Shown here: positions 1-31,114 of the stretch, piece by piece
Layout: every line of letters begins with the position of its first letter
How positions within the stretch are numbered: position 1 is the first letter of the stretch
Assembly (NCBI GenBank): GCA_051294375.1
Contig: CM119263.1
Location: 30,158,099 to 30,222,098, forward strand
Source: Paraspadella gotoi
Lineage: Eukaryota; Animalia; Chaetognatha
Length of the DNA: 64,000 nucleotides
Direction of reading: 5' to 3'
Notes under the pieces: model-generated
Seen by the model: the letters and a program-made list of their open reading frames with translations, nothing else
Database searches by the model: none
Told to the model about the DNA's origin: nothing
Translations under genes and position numbers: made by a program

Positions 1-827
1 AAAAAAGTTCTCTCGACCTTTTTAAGGTGAAAAAATATCGGGAGTCATTCGGATCTTCATTAAATTTTAATATATTCTTTTACACGAATAAGTCTTTTTA
101 AAAATAGGGTTAAAAAAGGTAAAAAAGTCGCTTAATAGATAAGTCCCTTAATAGATATATGTCTTTCGGAAGATAAGTCTTTTAGAAAGTAAGTCAGTTA
201 AAAATTAAAAAAACCGTTGGTTGAAAAATATTTTTATAGATAAGTCTATTTATAGATCTTTCAATAAATAAGTCATTCGAATAGATAAGACTTTTATAAG
301 AGAAGTCTATCTAAAGCTTCCCTAGTCGTCGCGAGTTTTTTCTGGTCTGACTTCACAACTTCGCAACCCGTATCGTCGCTCTATCTGTGATCGTGAATCA
401 ATTTTTTTGAGGTACGAGCAACCCTTTTCACAAAATAACAAAGTCCTTTTCGAGTTTCAAATTTTTTATGCTATTACAAAAAAAACTTTACACTGATGAC
501 TTATAAGATCACTATAAGCGACTATCAGCCTATCAGCGTCGTAAGGACGCATTGGGATATCGATTCATTTCAACTTAATATTTCCCTGTTCTAGCCCTGA
601 TCGGAAAGGTCTTTGCAAAAGACAGACCACCTGGTTAAACCACCGATTGTAAGCCTACCGCCGGATTCAAAGTTCTGGAAAGCAAGGTGACTGACGGAAA
701 ACAAATCTACTAGGGTCCACTTGGCACCACTAAATGTACTGGGCTATATCCAAACCGTGAGAGGGCTATAGCGACCCCTCCTTTCTTCTCTCGGTCACAT
801 CGAATCACATTCACTTTATCACCAAAC

Positions 828-2000
828 CTGCAATGCGGCCGTGTCTTTGATATAATCCAACACTTCCGGGACTCGATAATCAGCGATCTCTTTTCTCGCT
901 ACTCGATTCATCTCTTCCGCCTTTTCTCTCTCGTCCTCCACGCCCACCAACTCGGCGTCGATCCTAGATTCTAATTCTTCGCGAGATTTGAATTCGCTGC
1001 TCAGTCGGTCGCTCTCTTTGGTCAGGACCGAGAGACGTTTCTTGTATTGATTAAGGACCTGAGAGGGTAAGGCGGGAAAAGGGTTTTTAAATCTTTAATT
1101 TTATATAATTTATTATCAATTCTTAATCCCACTCTAACCCCACGATCTATTTCAACGTCTCCCCTCGCCAACCTGCAACGTGTTGCCGGCCATGAGCTTC
1201 AGCCTCAACAACTCTTGATTCTTCTCGTCAATTTTCTCCAAATATTGTTGATTTTCGATCTTGAGTTGATTGAAGTCAACTTCGTGCAAAACTTCGCCCA
1301 TCTCCTCTTTCTGCTTTATCTGGAATCAAACGGAAAGATGTGATTGGCTATGGAATAAGCTTCGGATGACGTGATTGGCTGAAGAGTCGCCTTTTGACGG
1401 ATAAGATTGATAATTTACAGTCAAGGATTAGCTAAAATGGTAAAAGAAAATAGAAATAACCCATAACTGATCGAAGCAAAATACAAAATACATAATCAAA
1501 TGAAAGTTTTTTTTTTTTTTTGTTTGCACAGACAATTTTCAAAAGAAAACGTACGTGCATGTTTCGGCTAATATGTTAACAGAGTCAGAGGGGAATTATA
1601 CGAAATAGTAAGAATTAATCAACGACTTTGTCATTTTTATCCAAACTTCACCCGTGAGCAACTTTTCCTTCCATTGACTCTTTACTCAATTCCTTTCAAA
1701 GAATTTCTCTTTAGCCCACCTCCTCCTTCTATTCCCCATCCAGCCAGTCACCCTCCTTCCAGACCCCACCTGCATCTCCAACTTCTTCTTCATGACCCTC
1801 AACGTGGAATTCTTGAGCCTCAACTTCCCGACGAGAGTGTCCTTTCCCCGCAACTTGTCGTCCACGTGACGAAGGAGCCTCTCGGCCACGACGCGCTCCG
1901 TGCGTTTGTTGACGGCGCCGCGTACGATGTCGCGCTCGAACTCGTATCTGTGCGGGGACGAGGAGAGAGAGAGAGAGATAGATAGATAGAGAGAGAGAGA

Positions 2001-2041
<41 letters not shown>

Positions 2042-4153
2042 AGAGAGAGAGAGAGAGGGGGGGGGGGTAAAAGTGGTTTGAGACCGAGGTTAAAGGACAA
2101 CAGAGAAAGAGTTTGGAAAAAAAAAAAGAGAGAAAAACGAGAGAAAAGAGACTGAGATAGATACAGAGAGAGAGAGGGAGAGAGAAAGGAGATTAAAAGA
2201 AGGCAAGAAAAGTGGGATTTAGTCTTTCTGACCTTACCTCGATTTCCTTACCTCGATTTCCTTATCTCATCGAGATGCACTTCAGCTTCCTCCACCGAAG
2301 CCTTCAACGAATCCTGAACCTTTTCCGCCTCAATTTGTCTTCTGCTCATTTCTTGTTTTAATTCTTCGATTTCTCGATTAGCGATTTCGCATTTTTGATC
2401 CAGAGTCAAACGGAGATGAACGCGATCGGGACCTATAAAACCTCAAACTTTAGTTTTAAAAATATAATTTGCATATTGCAGTTTATTTATGAAGAGATTG
2501 TTTTGCAAGTTTTTAATGACATATTTTGGACATCATTCAATTTTTGGTGGGCAATTTAAACATTTAAATCGAAATATCGTTTGGTTCTTTTTGATTCGAA
2601 ACTCGGTTCTCCTTACAAGGAATGTTAATAGGAATGTTTTGCATCCCAATGGCGGGAAAAAAGTTTTAAGATATTTAAGAACTTAGATGAATCATAGGTC
2701 AAATTACCCCATCGATCCATTCTTCAAACATTTAAACTACTTATCAGTTTTAGTACAATCAAACGTAATGAATATTATTCAAACGAGTATCTTCTGACGT
2801 TAATATTAATTACATTCAATTACATTCAATTTGGATATAATTATACCACATTTGTCAATACTGACATTGTTTTCAAAACTGAAGAAAAAAAATTTATAAT
2901 TCGATCAAATTAATTTTGCTTCCGGAAAAAAATTGCTACGAAATCGAAGCATTTATAGCTACTGAATCAGCAAAAAAGTAAATATTAATTCACTTCCTCC
3001 TCATTCTTTTAATCTACCAAACTATATCCCTCCTGCCAATCTCCACCTGCCTTCTACCTCCCCCCCCCCCGCACCGCTCTAACCCGGTCCGACGGTGCTG
3101 CTCTTAGACTTGCTCCGCCCGCGTTGCGACGGCAGCGACGTCTCGGGACTCGCGCTGCTCCCGGTCGCCGGCGGCGGCGCTAGCGGCGCTGTGGGCGTGG
3201 CCTCGGCGGCGTCTTTGGCTGCGGCTGATGTGGTGAGTTGAATGCCGACCGCCTTTTATTTGAAGGGTAAGGTTAATAAAGGGGAGAATGGTAAGGTGGA
3301 GATAAAAAGAGAAAGGAAAGATAAGGAAGAGACGAATGCCTGAATTTGGAATATTGTAACTTTAATATTTATTCGTTTGTCTATGGATTCTATTATTGAT
3401 TTACTGATTTTTTTAAAAAATTGTTATTTTTTAAATTTATTTATCTTGTGGCGGTATATTAACACCGACTCACATCCACATTTTAGAAAGAAAAACGTAC
3501 ATGTTAGCCTTCATCGGCGAAACACAATAAGTTTTTGAAAATAAAACAAATTCGTTTTCTGTCAGTAAAACAAAATTTTCATTTAATTCTAAATTATTTA
3601 TTAATTTATTTATTTTTATTTAACTACTTAAATTTTATTTACCTTTTTAATTATTTATTCAATTCTATATTTACTTATTAAAAGACTTATTGTTTATTTC
3701 CATTTTTTCATAATACAATTTTCTAGTTCTTACTTTCAAATCGAGTCGCCCCAAATATTTTTCGAACATGAGAATTTCTTTTTCGATTCCATCGTTGTGA
3801 TCGGCGATGTCGACGATGAGGTCCTTTTCAGATTTAATTTAATCAATTAATACTTAAAGATATTTAACTTAGTTATCGCCAAGTTAATAAATACAAGCTC
3901 CTCTATGGTTGAGAAGAGATAGCATTGCATTTTTTTAATTGAAAAGTTGAAACTTTATGTAAATAAGCTGGAGGCATATTTACAATGAATCATTACATTA
4001 TTTGTAATATTTCAATATTTGCGCATTATCGTCACAGACAAACCGACATTCTGCAATTTCTCTAACCTGAATCTGTTCGTCCGTCAAATGAGAGACGTCT
4101 TGAGGCAAAACATCTGAAGTCACTTCGCTGCTTTGAATGCTTTCCGTTTCCAT
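828..4153 (-). CDS. CCDC113: Coiled-coil domain-containing protein 113 (CFAP263), 3'-incomplete. Exons 4153-4067, 3823-3734, 3252-3084, 2432-2252, 1947-1770, 1319-1173, 1058-828
   Basis: Spliced translation METESIQSSEV...EKEILMFEKYLGRLD...LTLDQKCEIANREIEELK...KLRLKNSTLRVMKKKLEMQIKQKEEMGEVLHEVDFNQLKIENQQYLEKIDEKNQELLRLKLMAGNTLQVLNQYK...PEVLDYI matches CCDC113 family motifs. All GT-AG junctions are phase-consistent. The terminal exon (WERKVEIA-type) was not found and probably lies left of the window. Confidence 0.92.
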
Positions 4154-4264
4154 CTTTCGTTACAATTTGTTACAATACGTTATTGTAAATGTAGTATTGC
4201 AATTAAAGTCGTCTAATAACAAAAGTCATCGATTTTTGAGCGAAGAGAAAGTCGTCTTGGCGAC

Positions 4265-4326
<62 letters not shown>

Positions 4327-4341
4327 TCCTGACATGATTGG

Positions 4342-4355
4342 GTCGGCATAGCAAC
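4342..4355. promoter_or_regulatory. RFX X-box-like element upstream of CCDC113
   Basis: GTCGGCATAGCAAC (reverse complement GTTGCTATGCCGAC) fits the 14-bp X-box palindrome, ~190 bp upstream of a ciliary gene ATG. A second X-box-like site GTCGTCTTGGCGAC lies at 4251-4264. Confidence 0.6.
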
Positions 4356-4629
4356 GCTCAAACTAATGGCTGCCCTCTTCGCACTCGGAATTTCAGGGGA
4401 CGTATAATTTTAATTTGAAATACAAATTTAAGTTTTAAAGTGAAGAAGAATTACAGAAAACTACATTTACTCTGCGACTTTTGCACTTTTTACGATTTTA
4501 TTCATTACGGCATCGATTTTTCCAACATTCATTCTCCTATTCCTTTTAAAATTGGTTCAGCCAATATAAAATTATCTATTCATTCAATAAATAATTGATT
4601 TGGATAGACTATCATTTAGGGACCACGGA

Positions 4630-4905
4630 GAATTAAGGCCTCAATCTCTCTTCCAGTGGTTCTTTAATGCAGTTAAAAATGGTATACAACTTTATTGATA
4701 GGAAAGCCGGCTTCTCTTGGAGTTAATAAACTTGACGGTGAGAGTCTTGAGTGAAAGCTTGCAGGCTCCTGCTATGTTATTATCTTGTAAGAATGATAGA
4801 GGCCTTAACTTAAACCATCATGGCCTGTCCAAAGTCAGGGGCGAGATAGCGTATTTATTAAATGAATGGATAATTTTCATATTGGTTGTACCAATTTCAT
4901 AGTCG
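4630..4905 (-). repeat. Interspersed repeat family A (SINE-like or LINE 3' fragment), copy 1
   Basis: Reverse complement of the motif aaattggtacaaccaatat...gctatcttgcccctgactttggacaggc...gcaagctttcaatcaagactctc seen at ~13283, ~32043 and ~37062. Confidence 0.75.
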
Positions 4906-5871
4906 AACCTTGCAAGCTGGCTTTCCTTTCTAGGTATCAAATTGAATCAAGATCTTTTCTATATCTTAATCTTTTTTTTAAATGAAAGGTACTGCAGTAA
5001 ATTCAAATGCAACTTTATTTAGTATAATAAATCAAACTTCGGCAATAAAACTATTCATGAGGACAAGCAAATGTATTCAAGTGAAACATTTTCAAAATTC
5101 AGTCATATAATTCAAATATAATTTAAGGATAACTATCTGTTTCTTAAAAAAAATTTATAATAATTAAATACTCCTAACTACAGACACAAGTTTCAAATTG
5201 ACACATTTGTAATAAATACACTATTTAGCCTGTAAATCGCAATTTTTTTTGTTAAATAACATCTTCACATTTGATACAAAGCGAAGTTAAAAATCAATTC
5301 AAGTTCGTGATATTGAATTCAATTCAATTCAATTCAAGATATTCTAAGGAAAAAGCCATGCGTTCTTATACGCTTTCAAGGAATTTGTTATTTTATGCTC
5401 GAATATTTGAGACAATGACAAAAACTTCCGATCGTTTTAAAGTAAAATACTGAAGAGTGAAGAAAGGTTTACTTACTTCTGAAAAAAAATTTGATACTGT
5501 TTTTTAAGGGCTGTGAATTATAATTACAAAAAAAATGCATAATTTATGAAGTTAAACATCAAGATAAATTTTAAAAAAATAAGAAAATTTAATAGATACT
5601 CCACGGTCTAAATTGTTTTTAAATTCGTTGTTAAAAAATGTTGCCGCGTCAAACAAGGTGACCGAGATTCAAAAATGGGACTAGATGTAATTCATTTCGT
5701 AATGTTTACATTTTTGAAAACATTTTACCTAATAAAACCAAGAGAAAAGTTTTAGATTGAGTCCTACACAGTGGTCTACGATGGAAAAATAAAAAAATGA
5801 AAGCTTCCCGTTTTGGGCGCGATGAACGGACACGACTAATTCGTTCGTATCCGATGCCAAATTCTCAGATA

Positions 5872-6191
5872 CAATGGCGTGTAGAGAAATGTCGCGTCCC
5901 TCCTCAAATTTTTTAGCAGGCTCCGGGCCTCCCTGAAAGCCAGGCTTTGCAGGCTTAGCAAATCAAGACAGGCTTAGCAGGATTAAGTTTTGGGTCCTTT
6001 GAAAAATCACCTATTATTGTCATATTATGTTTATAATTTAAGATTTTCTCTTGGCACAAAAATATTTTATAAAATTAAATCTAGAATTTCTATTTTTTTA
6101 TATATTTGAATTTTCTTTAGTCCCATAAGCTTTCCCCAGAGCCCGGGCCCCTCGGCTTTGTGGAGGGAGTCTACCCCTCTATACGCCCGTG
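5872..6191. mobile_element. Small MITE-like element
   Basis: Imperfect terminal inverted repeats caatggcgtgtagag / ctctatacgcccgtg, with gggccc-type subterminal motifs. Confidence 0.35.
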
Positions 6192-6344
6192 TGTCATTCA
6201 GCATCAATTTTATAACGAGCATTTAGGAGACGCCTCGGAGGAGCTACTGGAGCTACTGAAGTCCGCTATAGTTTAGGCAAACGAACCGCTGTAGTTTTTT
6301 TTTTTCGAAGAAGGTGCATTTCTCGTCAGCCGCCGCCAACCATT

Positions 6345-9235
6345 TCAAACGATCCTACAAGTCGACTTCTTCTTCGGCACCTCCGCCGGCGCCGCGTTGG
6401 GATCAGGAAATGTGACGAAGTATTCGAAGTCGTCTTTCCAGACGCCGCCTTTCGGAGGACGCCAAGCGGCGCCGTCTCGTTTTAGGCGCCGAACGACGCC
6501 GTCTGAATCGCGGTAGGTGATGGAATCGGCGGCGGGGAAGGCGGACTGGAGAGAGAGAAGACGGGGTTGAGGGAGAGGGAAGGGGGTTTTAGATGGTGGG
6601 ATTGGTTGGTGGTGGTGAAGGGGGGTGGGTTGTGGTTGCTTGAAGAGAAATGAGGATGAAATACTTTGACTGAAATACTTAAACGTCTCTTGGAATCAGG
6701 ATAATATCCGAAGCCTTACGCAATTGCTTTAACACTGCATGAATGAATAAATTAATTTTCATTTTACTGGACCTGGTACTTTTTCTTTTTTTGAATTTGG
6801 ACTTTCGACATCTAGACCTTTTTAGTGTTTACCCTTTGCTGATCTGTGTTGTCCGACCTAATCCGTCCATAATTTGTAGTTGAGCAATGTGCACGTTGCT
6901 GACCAGTATTGCAACTTCGCTAAGACTATTTTTGTAAATAGCCTGCTCTGCCTAATATTCTTTTCGTGAGACGCTCCCTGACCTGCAATGCGGCGTGGTT
7001 GACGCATTTCACTTCCAATGCACCATCTGCTTCTTTCATTGATACCCACTGACCTGGCAAGCAGAGCATGGTTGAACGCATCGAGCCTCTAACTGCCACA
7101 ATCCTGCTCTTTAATTGAGAACCCTCTGAACGCCCAATGCTACATGGTTGACGTATCCAAGCCCAATCAACATCTGCCTTTTATTGACACCCACTGACCT
7201 GCAAGTGCAACATGGTTGACGCATCCAGCCTCCAATGACAACATCTGCTCTTTCATTGACACCCACTAACCTGCATTGCAACATGGTTGACGCATCAAAG
7301 CCTCCAATGCAACCATCTGCTCTTTCATTGACACCCACTGTATGGGAGGCTGGATGGTCAACCATCGTTCAGATGCCAGGTCAGTGGGGTATAATGATAA
7401 GAGCAGATGGTTGCATTGGAGGCTGGATGCGTCAACATGCTTGCATTGCGGGTTTAGTGGGTGTCAATGAAAGAGCAGATGGTTGCATGGAGGCTTGGAT
7501 GCGTCAACCATGTTCAATGCAGGTCAGTGGTGTCAATGAAAGAGCAGATGGTTGCATTGGAGCTTTTGATGCGTCAACCATGTTGCAATGCAGGTTAGTG
7601 GGTGTCAATGAAAGAGGCTATAGTTGTATTGGAGGCTGGATGCGTCAAAACCATGTTCTGCATTATGCAGGTCAGTGGGTGTCAATGAAAGAGCAGATGC
7701 TTTTGTATTGGAGGCTGGAATGCGTCAACCATGTTGCAATGGCAGTTAGTGGGTGTCAATGAAAGAGCAGATGGTGTATTGGAGGCTGGATGCGTCAACC
7801 ATGTTGCAATGCAGGTCAGTGGTGTCAGATGAAAGAGCAGGATGGTTGCATTGGAGGCTTTGATGCGTCAACCCATGTTTGCAATGCAGGTTAGTGGGTG
7901 TCAATGAAAGGCAGAATGGTTGTCATTGGAGTTGGATGCGTCAAAACCACTGTTCGACAACGCAGGTCATGGGTTTCAATAAAAGGCGGAGATGTATGTA
8001 TTGGAGCTTGGATAGACTGTTCCGGATTACCTGATGCGTTCACCCATGGTGGCATGCAAGTTCAGAGGGTGTCAAATGAAAGAGCAGATGGTGGCATTAG
8101 AGGCTCGATGCGTCAACCATGCTGCCCTTGCAGGTCAGTGGGTACAATGAAAGAGCAGATGGTTGCATTGGAGGCTCTGGATGCGTCAACCACATTTTGC
8201 ATTGCAGGTCAGGGGTGTCAATTGAAAGAGCAGATGGTTGCATTGGAAGTGAAATCGTCAACACGCACGCCGCATTGCACAGGTCAGGGGCACGTCTCAC
8301 GAAAAGATATAAGGAAGAGCAAGGCTATTTACAAAAATAGTCTTAGCGAAGTTGCAATACTGGTCAGCGCAACGTGCACATTGCTCAACTACAAAATTAT
8401 GGACGGATTAGGTCGGACACAAACAAGATCAGCAAAGGGTAAAACACTAAAAAGGTCTAGATGTCGAAAGTACAAATTCAAAAAANNNNNNNNNNNNNNN
8501 NNNNNNNNNNCCAATACAACCATCTGCTCTTTCATTGACACCCACTAACCCCGCAATGCAGCATGGTTGACGCATCCAGCCTCCAATGCAACCATCTGCT
8601 CTTTCATTGACACCCACTGACCTGCAATGCTGCATGGTTGACGCATCCAGCCTCCAACGCAACCATCTTCTCCAATATTTCTCCGTCTTCTTCGTTTTTC
8701 TTGCAGATTTTGATGACAGCTTCGTCGTCAACAGTTCGAATCAGTTTGCTCGCCCCTCCTGAATGGCGGGAAAATATCGATGACCCATGAAAGGCCTCAT
8801 ATTTTGGCAATAAGTTATTGTTAAACGATTGTCATGTGTCCGAGTACGAAATTATTATAATTATTACAGGTTCCTAAGAGGAATAGGTCTTTCCAAGGTC
8901 ACAAACAAACAAACAAACATCTCGATCGTTACTTTTTTTTCCCCTAAATCAAGACTAACGTTTCACCTAAATGTTTTGATGCAATATTATTTCATATTGA
9001 AAATAAAATACAAAAAAAAACCAGACGATCGAGGTTCGGGTCAAAAGGAATATTTCTTGAAAACAAACTTGACTTCTCCATGATCTTAAAAGTAAAAAAA
9101 AATATTTATTTCGCTATTCGTCATAATTAGTTTATATGCCTATTTTGTACTAAATTTAAAACTAAAACAAATAGTTAACGTTTATAACCGGATTTAATGA
9201 TTTTGACGTCATATTTTTTTTTTACCTGAAGCCAT
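6345..9235 (-). CDS. 115-aa protein: TDP-43 N-terminal-domain-like (ubiquitin/DIX-like) fold with polybasic CaaX tail. Exons 9235-9226, 8758-8622, 6545-6345
   Basis: ATG GCT TCA G|gtaaa ... cag|GA GGG...TTG CAG|gtcagt ... ctccag|TCC GCC...GTT TGA, phases 1 and 0 consistent. Protein MASGGASKLIRTVDDEAVIKICKKNEEDGEILEKMVALEAGCVNHAALQSAFPAADSITYRDSDGVVRRLKRDGAAWRPPKGGVWKDDFEYFVTFPDPNAAPAEVPKKKSTCRIV*. Confidence 0.75.
6990..8660. repeat. ~71-bp tandem repeat array (exon-2 3' end plus donor site), partly inverted
   Basis: Unit GAGCAGATGGTTGCATTGGAGGCTGGATGCGTCAACCATGTTGCAATGCAGGTCAGTGGGTGTCAATGAAA. Orientation flips near 7340-7370, with many single-base indels and an N-gap at 8486-8510. Confidence 0.9.
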
Positions 9236-10232
9236 TTTACTTTTCACAGTCGAATCAGATTATCACAGTTTTAGCCCGAGAAGAATAAATCTTTAGTTTT
9301 TTCGAGAAAAAAAATGAAATTTTTTGTCTTTCACATTTTCGCAAAATTCTCTGTCGTTTTGATTGAATCACTAATTGGTGTCTCTTTTATTGATGAGGAG
9401 GAATGGTAGAGATTCCGCCGCATCAACGAAAACTGGCGATTGGATTTTCTTGCAGCTGATTGCTGGCGGCGATGCCAATGAAGCTGATCGCTCAGTTTTG
9501 ACTGTCGAGTCTTTTCATTTCTGGTTAAGAATTCAAAGTTTAAGACGAAAGTAAAAATCCATTTTAAAATTTAAAGATTTTAGTTCCTTATTGATCAATT
9601 GAGTTTTGCAGTCATTCGGAGGCAACGAATCCAAAATGGTGGACCGTTATCGTCTTCGTCGTCGTCTTCGTCGTCGTTGTCGTCGTCGCCAACATGTCTG
9701 CAAAAAGAGGAGGGAGCGTTCAAGATTTAACACGCAAGACAAATCAAGTTGAGCATTGAGCATTGATTTTTTGAAGGAAAAAAAGAAAACTGGCCGAAGC
9801 AAAAACGTGGCAAGGTTGGAACGAAAGTTCAGAATGCAAACAAATTCCCCAAAATGCGAGCAGCTGCGGGGAAACAATGCGAACGTCAAAACAAACAAAA
9901 ATTCGTTTGTTCGATTTAAGGGAGAAAAAAACATTTTAAAAATTAAAATAGAAATTTCAAAAACGTTTAGAGTCGCGTTTTTAAAATTTATAGCTCTCAA
10001 AAATACAATTTAAAAGTTTTTTTTTTTTTTTTAATTCCAACGAGCATTATAAGCGGTATACCGAAATATAAAAAAGTATTTTCGCTAATTTACGAATATT
10101 CGTTAAACCGAAACAATGGATTCTTCGTTCGAAGCGGAACAGAGATAATCAGCACGTGAATTTGATTAAAATCTGTGAAATCGACGAGCGAAGCCAAGCG
10201 AAGCATCCGACGCTTAACATGGGCTTAGAGAG

Positions 10233-10316
<84 letters not shown>

Positions 10317-10410
10317 CAAGCGATGAACCGAGATAACGGGCGGTCGGTCGTGAGTTGGGGGGCGGTTAGAGAGATGAGAGATAACGAGGAGACAGAGGGA
10401 GGTAAGGATG

Positions 10411-10449
<39 letters not shown>

Positions 10450-10579
10450 CAGACAGACAGGACAGACATAGAGAGAGCGCTTGTCTCTTCGGCAGAGAGA
10501 AGAAATTTTTGAGTTACGAGTTAAAATGCGCGAGCGAGAATGGGTCAATCGACACGAGAGAAAGAGAGAGAGAGAGAGA

Positions 10580-10626
<47 letters not shown>

Positions 10627-12125
10627 GAAGACGAGAGAGAGAGAGAGATAAAAAAGGTTCAAAAAAGCAAATTCTTATTGACAGTGAAGAGTGAAGGATG
10701 AAATTATTAAAAATTATAATTAACAATATGCCCAGATTAAATTATTAAAATACGAATAAAAATATTGTTTTCATGATTCGAGTCTTTGAATCAAAAGTCG
10801 GCGATCTGTACCCTCATTTCATTTTTGAGTTCTGTCGTCGTCATCGTCGTCGTCGTCTTCGTCGTCGTTCGATTGACTCCGTAGTCATCGCTTACTCGAC
10901 GATGAGGGTTTGTTTTGATCGTAAATCGCAAATTGATATTTGACAAATAAAATAACATTTGACATCAGAAAAAAGTCATTCGATTAATGTAAAACAATTA
11001 ATTCAGTTGAATCGTTGAAAACTTTATGACATCATAACTACATTCTGAATGTAGAAGAGACATTCTGAATTAAGATTCCGATGTTTATTTGAGGCAGAAG
11101 AGGCCGATTCGGGATTTAATACTGAAGTTTGATAAACTAAGGATTTCACGCAAATTTAAAACAAAGAGAGCAGGTCTCCTTAGCTTAGGTCAGGCATTGG
11201 TGAACTTTTTACCGAATTTTCAGGGGTAAGTATTCTTTGGATACGTAAATTTTTTTTTCTATGTTGCAGTATGGTAATATTATTAAAATTTGATATGTGC
11301 ACGTATGTGCTATTCTAAGATTCTTTTCATAATTGTAGAATAATATCTTATTATCCTTAATCAATAAAAAAAAATGGATTTACATTTTAATTTAAACATT
11401 TCTATTCAATTGTATTAATCTAAAATATTTTAAAGATTTATTATGTTTATCCCAAACTGAATTACATTTAAATCAAAGAAAAATATTTTTCCCTAAAATT
11501 TGTGAGTCACGTTTTAATGAGTTTTTTTTCTTATTGAGAATTTAATTACAGGTTTTAGAATTTAAAATTCTAATTGTTTTTCAATTTTCTTATATATAGT
11601 ACGTTTCAGTCTTACCATTAATAAAATCATATATAATTTTGTTTAGAAACGTACAAAACGATTTAAAATAGCATTAAGATCATTTTTTTAAACTGCTGTC
11701 TCTTTTTAATTTATTTTAAAAATATTATTAATAAATAACAGAAACAAAATTGATAACAATGTATGGATTTTTTTTTAACTTCAAGATGTTACACGTAAAA
11801 TTCAATACCAGTAAATAAATGATCATAATTAATGTTGGCGATTTGGTTAAACAAAAACTTCGATATAGATAACATTCTTATGTTAACGTTATTAGGCTCA
11901 GAAAAACGATTGTAATAATTGTTATAATTGTTATAATTGTTATAAAATCTAGGCTTTCTCGAAGTCGCCTTGTTTGAGTCTTTACCCGAACGAAACTCAA
12001 TTCGAAAAGAGTCTAAATTCGAAAGAGAAGAAATCGAGAAAAAATCGACAAACATACAACAAAAACATAAACAAAAAACAAAAAACAAAACAATAAGAAC
12101 AACAACAGCTTTAAAACCCGCGAAA

Positions 12126-30195
<18,070 letters not shown>

Positions 30196-30860
30196 AAAAA
30201 ATGTTTAAATTGTAATTGTATTATGATTAATTGTTGATACGGTTAATATAAAAAAATTTTATGATTGAGTCAGTTAATGATAATCGCTTAAGAAAGCTAA
30301 TATTAGCTATTATCACATATAAAAAGATTTAACGGTTAGAGAATTCCTGAACAAATATTGTAGCGTGAATTCATGGAATTTTAGTAATATTTGGTACAAT
30401 TAAATATTATTTAGGATTTAGAGTAGAAGAATAAAAACATTTTCATTGGACAAAAATTATACGTAAATTTATAACAGAATAAGAAAGAATAGAAGAGACT
30501 AGGTAATACCTAGTAGGTATTTCATTATTCTGTACAAAAATCACAATAATTTGGTTTTTGACTTTGTAAAACTGTTACCTTCATCTTAGTTGTTCAAAGA
30601 AACAGATTTACATTTTAAACTGTCTTAATTAAGACAGTGACACAAGAAAGAAAATTTAACAAATCACAAAAGTAATAAATCAATTTACTTGATCTCGAGG
30701 ACTAAAAATAGTTGATGTATGCTACTGTGATATAAAATGATATGAAATAAAATTCTCATTAAGACGGCCTAAACTGAAACCGTTCGTAATTGTTTTAAGT
30801 TGAAACGGAGTAGAAATTGAGCTGACAGAGAATCTCCAAAGAATAGAGGCTAAAACTAAT

Positions 30861-30903
<43 letters not shown>

Positions 30904-31114
30904 CCCTTTTATCTTAATCGAATTAAGTTCCCTTTTTCCATCAGGGCTTTCAAAGAGTTTCAAAGACTCGTTCTTAATCTAAATTAACTTCGATTAATAG
31001 GACAGCAAATATCGATATTTTGTTACAAAATATTTTTTTAAAAAACGTGTCACATTAATTGCTTTTAATTTTGGCTTTTTAAAAAGTCTTGCATATGACT
31101 TTAAAAGCTGCACT

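Noticed and set aside
322-385. Possible terminal CCDC113 exon IERRYGLRSCEVRPEKTRDD*
   Set aside because: Does not resemble the conserved CCDC113 C-terminus. The real exon probably lies outside the window.
6790-8510. Large palindrome (6790-7340 mirrored by 7370-8485) and ORFs 7235-7762 and 7898-8548, resembling a CRISPR-like array or repeat protein
   Set aside because: The units have no unique spacers, are full of random single-base indels, and the mirror ends exactly at a 25-N gap. This is most consistent with gap filling from a noisy fold-back long read, so the inversion is probably an assembly artefact. The ORFs are chance frames.
10227-10726. ER/SL-repeat ORFs here and at 19250, 24216-24809, 34700-35127, 52278-52672 and 59473-60208
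   Set aside because: Translations of (AG)n, (CT)n and (CTTTT)n microsatellites
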